This document shows positions 46,871 through 55,700 of a stretch of 64,000 bases of DNA, one piece after another. The stretch lies in NCBI GenBank assembly GCA_934748015.1, contig CAKVHF010000002.1, positions 133,499-197,498 on the forward strand. The letters run 5' to 3'. The position numbers and the translations under genes are program-made. Numbering within the stretch: the first letter of the stretch is position 1; every line of letters starts with the position of its first letter. Source of the DNA: an uncultured Clostridia bacterium. Lineage in GTDB: Bacteria; Bacillota; Clostridia; Christensenellales; UBA1242. A model generated the notes under the pieces. That model saw only the letters and a program-made list of their open reading frames with translations, did no database searches and was not told the origin of the DNA.

Positions 46871-47872
46871 TTATACTCCTATTTCGTCTTTGATGATACG
46901 ATAGTAGTCATCATCTTCCATATTGGATACTTTGGCAAAACGGAACATATTGGCATCAATAAGATCGGATACGATTGCGTTAAGGCTGTTTTCCACAATC
47001 TTTTTCTTTTGGATAGATGTTAGGTCGTCTTTCAGTGTTTCGTTATTAATATATAGGTTCTTGAACAAATTGATAAGTTGTTCGGCTTCGGTTTCGACAT
47101 TGATATCACTTACGCCTAGTGCTAGCATGTTATATATTTCGCCATCGGACACTTTTAGGATATATTTGCTTAGCAAAACAAATTGCACACAAGGCATGTG
47201 TTCTCTTCCTCGGCTAACGGAGTTGCCTGTGCCGAGTCCGCCTAGATAGTTGTTGTTGCTAGGTGGGTTGTTAAGGATAATTAGGCTTTGGTCATTAAGC
47301 GACTCGCTCTTAAGATAGATAAATATCTGTTTGTCACTGGCCTCTAAGTTGCCTAGATATAGTTGGTCGCCTGCTTTATGAATTGATTCGATCTCGTCAT
47401 TTGTTTTGCATTCTTCTAACGAAATCTTAAATTCTTCGGCATCGTCTCTGTTTTTGATAAAGTTTGCCATAACACTTAACTTCCCAGTGTTTTTGTCTTC
47501 CATAACGCTAAGCACGGCATATTTTAAGGTGTTTTTGGAATAACTGCTGACTTTGCCCTTATATTCTCCGCTATTGTAGAAATACATAATGTATGAACCC
47601 ACAAATCTTTCCATCTTGGCATTGTATGTAGGGTGCGTGTCGATTTTTTTGGACAAATCCGACTCCAACATGTCATCTATTTTGTATCCATACAATTCTT
47701 TTAGTTTTATAAGAAAATTGACGCTTGGTTCAGCTTTTTGGTTGATATAATTGTTAAGCGTAGCACAACTTATATCGGTTTTTTCGCTTAAGCCTTTTTG
47801 TGTTAGGTTATTTTCTTGCAAAATAAACTTTAGATTCTGATTGAAAATATCAAATTGGTTATCTTTGGTCAT
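46871..47872 (-). CDS. XRE-family HTH regulator with a ~260-aa C-terminal domain of unknown function
   Basis: The HTH is LKFILQENNLTQKGLSEKTDISCATLNNYINQKAEPSVNFLIKL. The start was chosen at ATG 47872 (GGAG 6 nt upstream); the track's ATG at 47884 lacks an RBS. The stop lies inside the RBS-ATG spacer of the Rel-like gene. Confidence 0.8.
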   Translation of the reverse strand: MTKDNQFDIFNQNLKFILQENNLTQKGLSEKTDISCATLNNYINQKAEPSVNFLIKLKELYGYKIDDMLESDLSKKIDTHPTYNAKMERFVGSYIMYFYNSGEYKGKVSSYSKNTLKYAVLSVMEDKNTGKLSVMANFIKNRDDAEEFKISLEECKTNDEIESIHKAGDQLYLGNLEASDKQIFIYLKSESLNDQSLIILNNPPSNNNYLGGLGTGNSVSRGREHMPCVQFVLLSKYILKVSDGEIYNMLALGVSDINVETEAEQLINLFKNLYINNETLKDDLTSIQKKKIVENSLNAIVSDLIDANMFRFAKVSNMEDDDYYRIIKDEIGV

Positions 47873-48091
47873 GTTTAACTCCATATAATATTAAAAATTA
47901 ATATATATTAACATATATTATGGTTCTATAGCAATTATTTTGAACTTGTATTCAATATTTTAAATTATAATTTAATATTTTGAATAAGTGCGTGGTATTG
48001 TGGATACAAAATTTTGATATAGGTGGTGCAAAAATATTGTTATATGGTTATCTCTGTGGTACAATATGGTTGTAAATAGGAGATTTTGCCA

Positions 48092-48892
48092 ATGAAGAAA
48101 AAGAAAAAAATCGTAGCGTTGATATATGATTTCGATAACACATTGATCAATTGTGACATGCAGAATATAACCCTTGCTAAGGAATTGGCTGGCAGTGTTG
48201 AGGCTTTCTGGGCTAGAGCCAATGGTTTTATGATCGACAACGATGTGGATGAAGTGTTATCTTATCTGTACATGTCTAATGTTATGGCAAAAGAAAAGGG
48301 AATTAAGTTCACTAAAGAGTATCTTGCGGAGCATGGAAAAAAGATAAATGCATATTTTGCAGGGGTTGAGACATGGTTTGATAGGATCAATGCTTATGCG
48401 TCAGACATGGGGGTTGAGTTGAAGCACTATGTTATCAGTGCGGGCTTTCAAGACATGGTGGATAACTGCTCTATTGCCAAGAACTTTGAGAAAATATTTG
48501 CGTGCAGATATGTATATGATGCCAGTGGCGAAGTTTTGTGGCCTGCATATGTTGTTAATTATTCGCAAAAAATACAATATATAGCAAGAATAAGAAAGAA
48601 TTTAACCGAAAATTTGCGAGACTCTAAGGGTGTTAATACCAAAGTTGGCAAAAAAGATCAATATATATCCTATGATAGGATGATATATCTAGGTGATGGT
48701 GTGACTGATGTGCCTGGCATGAAGATGATCAAGCAGATGGGCGGACATAGTATTTGCGTATATGACAAGACCAAGGAGTCTGCTAAGAGACTGCTTAGAG
48801 ACAAGCGTGTAGATTATGTAGTGCCTGCCGATTATACCGAAGGAAGTTTACTTGATAAACGAATAAAATATATAATAAAAAATATGAAATAA
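48092..48892 (+). CDS. HAD-superfamily hydrolase
   Basis: AGGAG lies 9 nt before ATG 48092. Motif I is IYDFDNTL (DxDxT) and motif IV is YLGDGVTDVPGMK. Confidence 0.8.
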   Translation: MKKKKKIVALIYDFDNTLINCDMQNITLAKELAGSVEAFWARANGFMIDNDVDEVLSYLYMSNVMAKEKGIKFTKEYLAEHGKKINAYFAGVETWFDRINAYASDMGVELKHYVISAGFQDMVDNCSIAKNFEKIFACRYVYDASGEVLWPAYVVNYSQKIQYIARIRKNLTENLRDSKGVNTKVGKKDQYISYDRMIYLGDGVTDVPGMKMIKQMGGHSICVYDKTKESAKRLLRDKRVDYVVPADYTEGSLLDKRIKYIIKNMK

Positions 48893-48985
48893 TTGAGTAT
48901 GTATCCTATAGTTGCTTAATTGGTTGGATGTATACTAACATCGTGTGTGACAAAAATACAAATACGAAAAAGGATGATATGAATA

Positions 48986-49483
48986 ATGATACAAAGAGGA
49001 ATAATTGTGTGGGATAAGGAAGGTCAAAACTGGAGTGAAGTTAATTTCGATAATCCCGAAACTGCTTATGATACTCATCGAGATTTTGCCAATGATTATA
49101 TTGCACAAGACAAAGAAAGAATGTTGTCTTACAAAGAGTATAAGAGAGAGATAGAGAGAAATCAAAATAATCCAGAGTTTAGTCAAGTGCTTGATCCAGT
49201 AGATTTTCTTTTGCAATACTATGGCTGTGTTAAAATAGGCAATAAGATTGATGAAAATACAAGATTTTTGTTGTACTATAATCAATATGATAATTTCAAT
49301 ACTACAGATATGGGAAAAAAAAGAAATGAAATTATAACATCCTATAATGCAAGAGGTTATAGACAAGAGAGAAGCGGAAGAATGTATGTTCCAGATTTTG
49401 TCTACGACATGCAGATGGAGGACAAACTTTTTGAAAAATTAAGTGTGAAAGATAAAGAAAGTGACAGAGATATGGAAAGATAG
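48986..49483 (+). CDS. Hypothetical hydrophilic protein (165 aa)
   Basis: The ORF has a balanced charged composition. The overlapping antisense ORF (48935-49366) has the I/F/L/S-rich composition typical of the mirror frame of an AT-rich gene. Confidence 0.55.
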   Translation: MIQRGIIVWDKEGQNWSEVNFDNPETAYDTHRDFANDYIAQDKERMLSYKEYKREIERNQNNPEFSQVLDPVDFLLQYYGCVKIGNKIDENTRFLLYYNQYDNFNTTDMGKKRNEIITSYNARGYRQERSGRMYVPDFVYDMQMEDKLFEKLSVKDKESDRDMER

Positions 49484-49618
49484 AACTATCTTCTATTTTA
49501 ATTAGACGGTTTATTAAGTTAAGAATATATAATAGTCGCAGTAAATAAATTTTTGGATAATGGATGCCAAGATATTTGCTGTGATTTTTTTTGTTTTGTG
49601 GGGGATATTATTGCACTT

Positions 49619-49702
49619 ATAGTTATTGTTATAGTTATTGTTATAGTTATTGTTATAGTTATTGTTATTGTTATTGTTATTGTTATTGTTATTGTTATTG
49701 TG
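49619..49702 (+). repeat. Hexanucleotide microsatellite: (ATAGTT ATTGTT)x4, (ATTGTT)x5, ATTGTG
   Basis: Fourteen consecutive 6-nt units were counted directly. The array is followed by a direct repeat TGTCGAAAAA TGTCGAAAAT (49701-49720). It lies about 100 nt upstream of spoIIR. Confidence 0.95.
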
Positions 49703-49804
49703 TCGAAAAATGTCGAAAATATAAAATCAAAATAGCAAGTCTTTGTTATACATGTGTTGATGTGTGGTCAATAATAAGGCTAGTGAAGAAAAAAGGAGAG
49801 ATGG

Positions 49805-50338
49805 ATGGCTACAAAAATAAAATTGATATTAAAGATACTAACACTAATTGTGATGATGGTTGCAGGCGTTGGGATGTGCATTGCTTGTGACGAAAGCGTG
49901 AGTGCAACGGATTACTTGCGTATACATATAAGAGCAAATTCTAATAGTGAAGAGGATCAAAATATCAAATATAAGGTTAAGGATAGGGTTGTTGAGTATC
50001 TTACTCCTAAGGTTGCAGAGTGTGGCAGTCTGGATGATGTAAAAAGAGTAGTAAATAATAGCAAAATTGAAATAGAAAGCATCGCAGACATAGTGCTTAG
50101 AACTGCAGGATTTGATTATACAAGCAGTGTAAAAATCAATAACGAATATTTTCCGACCAGGGCTTATGGCGAGGTAACCTTGGAGGCTAATTTCTATGAT
50201 GCGATAGTCATCAATTTGGGCACTGGCAAGGGAGATAATTGGTGGTGTGTTGTGTATCCACCACTATGTTTCAAAGAGACTAATAATGTTGTTTATAAAA
50301 GTAAAATTTTGGAAATAATAGACAAGTATTTTGGATAG
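49805..50338 (+). CDS. spoIIR: Stage II sporulation protein R
   Basis: A signal/anchor is followed by DYLRIHIRANSNSEEDQNIKYKVKDRVVEYL...GDNWWCVVYPPLCF, the characteristic SpoIIR motifs. Confidence 0.9.
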   Translation: MATKIKLILKILTLIVMMVAGVGMCIACDESVSATDYLRIHIRANSNSEEDQNIKYKVKDRVVEYLTPKVAECGSLDDVKRVVNNSKIEIESIADIVLRTAGFDYTSSVKINNEYFPTRAYGEVTLEANFYDAIVINLGTGKGDNWWCVVYPPLCFKETNNVVYKSKILEIIDKYFG

Positions 50339-50368
50339 AAAATGTAGTAAATAATAAAGGGCAAGAAA

Positions 50369-51046
50369 TTGAAAAAAGTAAGAGTAAAAGAAGGTAAGGT
50401 TTTTGTTATTATTGCAATAATTGCAGTGGCTGTAATAGGGGTGTTAATGCTTAGTTTTTTTGCAGATCTTAAGGTACAGAGAGATGTGGTTATAGCCTAT
50501 AGTGAGAGTGAAACTATACAGATACAGCAGAACTTGAAAGAGTTGGGATATTTCAACGAAGAGGTTACTGGATATTATGGAAATATAACTAGGCAGGCGG
50601 TAAAAGATTTCCAGTATGATTATGGCTTAAGTGTGACTGGAGAGGTGGATGGAGCAACTGCTTCCGCTCTTGGCATACACCTAGGTGGGCAACAAAGTAA
50701 CGATCTATATATACTAGCAAAATGTATCTATGCAGAAGCTAGAGGTGAGGTGTATGTAGGCAAAGTCGCGGTTGGTGCTGTTGTGCTAAATAGGGTGGCT
50801 AGTCCAGATTTTCCCAACACAATTTATGGCGTTGTATATCAACCTTGGGCATTCACTTCGGTCAGTGATGGACAGATGAATTTAGAGCCAGATGATACTG
50901 CTTATCAGGCGGCGCAAGATGCTCTAAATGGTTGGGATCCAACGTATGGATGCTTGTATTATTACAACCCAGCGGTTGCAACTAGTAGTTGGATATTTAA
51001 CAGAAAGACTGTTGTTGAAATTGGCAATCATGTGTTTGCAATATGA
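50369..51046 (+). CDS. sleB: Spore cortex-lytic enzyme (SleB/CwlJ hydrolase domain with PG-binding domain)
   Basis: TTG start with AAAGGG upstream. The PG_binding_1-like region is IQQNLKELGYFNEEVTGYYGNITRQAVKDFQ. The hydrolase_2 motif is LLAKCIYAEARGE...VGAVVLNRV...YQPWAF. A ypeB-like gene follows. Confidence 0.88.
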   Translation: MKKVRVKEGKVFVIIAIIAVAVIGVLMLSFFADLKVQRDVVIAYSESETIQIQQNLKELGYFNEEVTGYYGNITRQAVKDFQYDYGLSVTGEVDGATASALGIHLGGQQSNDLYILAKCIYAEARGEVYVGKVAVGAVVLNRVASPDFPNTIYGVVYQPWAFTSVSDGQMNLEPDDTAYQAAQDALNGWDPTYGCLYYYNPAVATSSWIFNRKTVVEIGNHVFAI

Positions 51047-51049
51047 TAA

Positions 51050-52429
51050 ATGTTGACATATATTAACAATATTTTGACAAAAAGTGAGGGTATAGTGTCA
51101 AAAAAACAAATTATAGAAAACTATAAAAATGTATGGATTGCGTTTGTAATAATGTTGTTGTTGCTTGCTAGTGTGTGTATTATTCTTGCTGTAATGGTGG
51201 ATCGAAATAAGGGGTATATGCGATCGCTGGAGTCGCAATATCAGAGAGCATATATGGAATTAATAGATAATGTGGATGACATAGAAGTAGACTTAAGTAA
51301 GGTGGTTGCAACGACCAATCTAGTTAGTCAACAGAAGCTACTGCAAAGCATCAATCTAAGGTGTGCAATGGCTAGTTCTAATATTGCTAATCTGCCTATT
51401 GACTCGGCTAGTCTAAGCAATGTCAATACATTAATTAACAAGATTGGTGGATATGTATTTAGTTTTATTGAATCGGAAAAATTGATGGGTGAAGCTGAGT
51501 TAAAAAACATTGAAAATCTGCATCAAAGTGTATCAATTGTAAAGTATGATCTTAACAAGGGGCTAGAAAAAAATATAGCACAAGCGGATAGTATTGTTGA
51601 TACATCAAACAAGAAAAGTGACAACAAATTTACTGCTGGATTAGTCAATGAAGAAATGTCATATTCGTCCATCCCATCACTTATCTATGATGGCCCTTTT
51701 TCAGAAAGTGTTATTAACAAAGAACCTAAAGAATTGAGGGATGTTGTAGATGAAAATACTGCTAGGCAAAATGTGTTATCGCTAAGTAATATTTGGGGTG
51801 ATTTCGACATAGATTATCTAGGTGTAACTGATGGGAAATTAGCAACCTACAATTACAAGATTTCGTCTGGCGAGTGGGAGTTATATATTCAAGTTTTGCA
51901 AAACGGTGGCATACTGTTGTCTGCTACTGGTTATGGTGATTACAAAGGGGATACGATAGATAAGTCCGAGGCTATTAAGATGGCAAAAAATATAGCATAT
52001 CAATTTGGCTATGGAGATATGGTTGAAGTGTGGAATCAGTTAGTGGGAAACGTGTTATATATCAACCTTGCATACACAGAGGATGGAGTAATATATTATG
52101 GTGATCTTGTCAAGGTTAAGATAGATCTAGCAGGTGGTGAGATAGTAGGCTGGGAAGGAAGCAATTATGTGTATAGTCACCATGATCGATCGAATTATGT
52201 GTCCGCACTTGGACTGAGTGAAGGGCAGAAGTTGTTAAGCCCTAGTCTGAAGGTGATAGAGCGAAACTATTGTGTGATCCCAAACGAGTATGTCGGCGAA
52301 AGTGATGCATATGAATATGTATGTGAATGCTTGGGTTACACATACTATGTATATCTAAGTTCTACTGATGGACAAGAACTAAATATATTACGTGTTGTAG
52401 AGACCAATAATGGAGCTTTGTTGCAGTGA
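51050..52429 (+). CDS. ypeB: Germination protein YpeB-like (N-terminal TM, C-terminal PepSY-like region)
   Basis: The gene is immediately downstream of sleB. The TM is VWIAFVIMLLLLASVCIILAVMV, and size and architecture fit YpeB. The real start may be GTG at 51095 (GAGGG upstream) rather than ATG at 51050. Confidence 0.75.
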   Translation: MLTYINNILTKSEGIVSKKQIIENYKNVWIAFVIMLLLLASVCIILAVMVDRNKGYMRSLESQYQRAYMELIDNVDDIEVDLSKVVATTNLVSQQKLLQSINLRCAMASSNIANLPIDSASLSNVNTLINKIGGYVFSFIESEKLMGEAELKNIENLHQSVSIVKYDLNKGLEKNIAQADSIVDTSNKKSDNKFTAGLVNEEMSYSSIPSLIYDGPFSESVINKEPKELRDVVDENTARQNVLSLSNIWGDFDIDYLGVTDGKLATYNYKISSGEWELYIQVLQNGGILLSATGYGDYKGDTIDKSEAIKMAKNIAYQFGYGDMVEVWNQLVGNVLYINLAYTEDGVIYYGDLVKVKIDLAGGEIVGWEGSNYVYSHHDRSNYVSALGLSEGQKLLSPSLKVIERNYCVIPNEYVGESDAYEYVCECLGYTYYVYLSSTDGQELNILRVVETNNGALLQ

Positions 52430-52531
52430 TTAATAGTGTAACCAATCAGTATTTGTTTTGTATGAAATAATTTTTGCTAAAAGTTATACACACAGGGTGT
52501 GGAAAAGTGTGATAATGGCATCTCAAAGCTA

Positions 52532-52573
52532 TGTGGAAATGTGGATAAGTGGTGTGGCAATGTGGATAATTTA
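52532..52573 (+). repeat. Tandem 21-bp duplication carrying four TGTGG(A/C)(A/T)A motifs
   Basis: The two units are TGTGGAAATGTGGATAAGTGG and TGTGGCAATGTGGATAATTTA. A fifth TGTGGAAA lies at 52498. Confidence 0.8.
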
Positions 52574-52597
52574 TTAAATGTGTAATTTTTTAATTTT

Positions 52598-52635
52598 AAT
52601 TATGGTAGAAATTTCTACCATAATTAATTTTTTTG
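52598..52635 (+). terminator. Rho-independent terminator after ypeB
   Basis: A near-perfect palindrome AATTATGGTAGAA-at-TTCTACCATAATT followed by AATTTTTTTT. Confidence 0.75.
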
Positions 52636-52662
52636 TCAAAATTAAAAATATATTGTAAAAAT

Positions 52663-52691
52663 TTGACTGCAAAAGGATAGATATATATAAT
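52663..52691 (+). promoter_or_regulatory. Near-consensus sigmaA promoter of the second giant gene
   Basis: TTGACT (52663-52668), a 17-nt spacer, then TATAAT (52686-52691). GAGGA lies at about 52762 and the ATG at 52775. Confidence 0.65.
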
Positions 52692-52774
52692 ATTTGTATA
52701 CTACAAAAAAGTTATTTTTTTGTTTTGTTATAATTTACGCTAATTAACAAAAAATACGTTTGAGGAATGAAATT

Positions 52775-55700
52775 ATGAAAAACATTTTGGCTAGATTAAA
52801 AAAGATATTCTGTATCATGGCTATCCTGTGTTCGGGATTGCTAGTTTCTTGCTCCTGTGGCGGAGGGCCTTATGACAACATGAAGTTGAAGAGTGTTTCA
52901 TTAGTGAAGTTTGCTGAGACACAGAGTAATGTTGTTGTTGAAGATAACGGAGGGCAAGTTATTATAGACTCCAGCGGAGGATCTACGGCTAACTACTTCT
53001 ATATCGAGGCGGTGGTTGAAGGTTATACGGGCAACAGAGAGGATGTGCTTAGTATCAATACTGCAATTGGTTACGAAGTGTATGCTAACTTTGTTAAGTA
53101 TGAATACGCAACCAAAGGTGGAGATAGAATAGTAAGAGCGTTGTTTGAAGCGAAAGAAGGGACGGAGTGTTTGAAATTTGATATAATTTCGCTTGAAGGA
53201 ATGCTGACATCTTCGTTCGAAATTGAGATAGTCAATCCAATAGAAGATTTTAATTTCGTCAATAGTAGTGTTCCGGTACTAAAGGGTATGAATAATACTA
53301 TATACGAAGCTTCTAAGACCTCAAAGTATGTTACATATATTCCTAGTAAAACTACTCAAAGAAATCTTAACCTATACTTCAGCAATGCTGATCTAGATGG
53401 AAATGGCTTAGATTTCATTAAAGAAGTTGAAAATACTGTAAATATTGCAAACTACACACTAGACTCTTCTGAAACAAGGCTGATGTATGATGGTGAAGTT
53501 GTGCTAAGTATAGTCAATGGTGTTCTTAAGACAGGTGTAGGGGACAAAGTTCCTAAGAGGTTTACTCTATCTGCAAGCATAATCAAGGTTGATGGTGACA
53601 AGATCGAAAAGAGTGTAGAAGTTGTTGTACTTGATCCAATTGAGTTGGATAGTCTGATAGTAAGCAACAGATATGCGGATGAAGAAAGCAAAAAAGAAGT
53701 TCATGAAGAGTTAGTTGTGGAAGATAAGGGTAGTGATTATATCAACTACAGGATGTATCTTCCTAACAATATTGATATTAAACCTCAATACAAGAAAGCA
53801 AATGTAATGTTTGGCTATGCTGATACTACTGGTGGTATTACGATTAGGAACACTGCTGGTGCAGAGGTTATGGCATATAACTTGCTGAATACCAGCAATG
53901 CCAATATATATTCCAACAAGTATTCTATAGAGAAGTTGTCGGATGAGTCGGCGTCTATAAGATGTGTATTAGACAATGATTATTATGAAATATCTCATAC
54001 TGTATCAATCAGTCATGATTACGAATTGCTGTTTAGAGTATATTACAATGACTTTGCTAATTTCTTTGATGGCGTAAAGATAAAGATTACAATTGATGTT
54101 AGATCATATCCAGACAAGATCAAATTGTCTGACCCATCGACATCGGAAGACTTAACCGATTATCTGACTGTATACAAAGATTATTATACATCGCCAAATG
54201 GTGCACAAGTTAAAGCGGTTGTTGTTGCAGATGATGATATATATTCTTCTGGTGAATTAACAACAGCAACATATATTGTGGATATATTAGACGGAGATGT
54301 TAATGTAAATGATAAAGGTTATGTTGTAGTGTCTTATCTAAATAACGGAACGGAAATTGAACTTGGTTCAACCGCTGTGACCAGTGGGTCAGTACTTGTA
54401 TTTAGAGTGAATAGTGAAAAATATCTAAAAGACATAGCCAATAGGTTGTTGACAGTTGTCTTTACTAGTCGTATCCAAGCCAGTGGACATAAAATTGTTA
54501 AGAAAATAAGTCTAAACTATATCAAAGACACAATCGGTTGGAATTCGACCGATCTAGGAACGCTATATGTTGCATATAATGAAAATAATGTATACAGTAG
54601 CGATGCCGAAGCTAAAGGCGATCGTCAAAACTATGCTACAATTCCACTAAGCAATTGGGCTACTTGGGCGGGCAAGAGCAGTAATAATTATCAAGAGTTT
54701 TTGCCAATAGCGGGAAATATTGTAAAGAATGTTGTATTCCGAGTATCAGATAGAACATATAATAAGCCAGTAATAAAATACAATAATGCAGGAAAGAATA
54801 ATTATCTTCATATTTCTGATTGTAACTATAATGACGGACAATTATGTTCTCCAAAGTTGAATTTGTTGTTTAATGGATCTAACCTAGGCAGTTGTGTTAT
54901 TGAGATGATTTTGCCAAATGGTGCATCAACTAGATTTATATTGGTTGTATATTACAATCTGCCTGGTGATACATATTTGACATTGGCACAAGATTACCTT
55001 AACACTAAGATAACATCTACCCCTCAACAAGATGGAAATTTCGAGACAAAAATAACTAGAAATACAAGCAGGACGGATGTTACACCTATAGAGGTAGATA
55101 GATTGACTGCAATAGTAGGTGATAGACAATCGTTCAATGTGTCTCTTCCTATGGGTGCTGGCAAAGTAGTTAATACATTTACTTACAACGAGATTCCGGA
55201 CGGAATGCAGATGAAGCTGACTAGTAGCAATCTTAACTGTGCAACAATTGATAGTAATGGTATTATTACTATTGATCGATTGCCTGTCAATAGCAATATT
55301 GTGGTAATGACAGTATATATAACAGGTAGACAGCAACTTACAGTCAAGGGAAACATTGATTATACAAGAACTAATGAGGGTTTTGTGAAGTACGAGGTTA
55401 AGATTGAGGTGCTTAATCCAGTACGTAATACAACTCTTACATACAATCGTAACACAATATTTACTCGTGATACTCTTAACAATGTTAATGAGGCAGGGCT
55501 AGCGAACACAGAGTTTTATAGCAAAGGTGTAATCTTCTATACTCTGCAAAATGTAAGCAATAATGGACTACTAAATAGTGATGATATTTCTTGGAATTTC
55601 TATAATGATAATAAATTGTTATTCACTATATGTAGAAAGAATAACAAGGCGGTTGCTACAATAAATGGCATGGAACTGTATCTAAATTATGGTACTGGAA

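Noticed and set aside
48935-49366. A 143-aa minus-strand ORF overlapping ORF 48986-49483.
   Set aside because: It has an I/F/L/S/C-rich composition and no RBS, so the plus-strand hydrophilic ORF was preferred. Neither has a recognisable family, so this choice is only moderately secure.
49619-49702. Whether the regular repeat array could be a CRISPR array or a minisatellite from a mobile element.
   Set aside because: The units are 6 nt with no spacers, and there are no cas genes or leader. It is a simple hexanucleotide microsatellite, not a CRISPR array.
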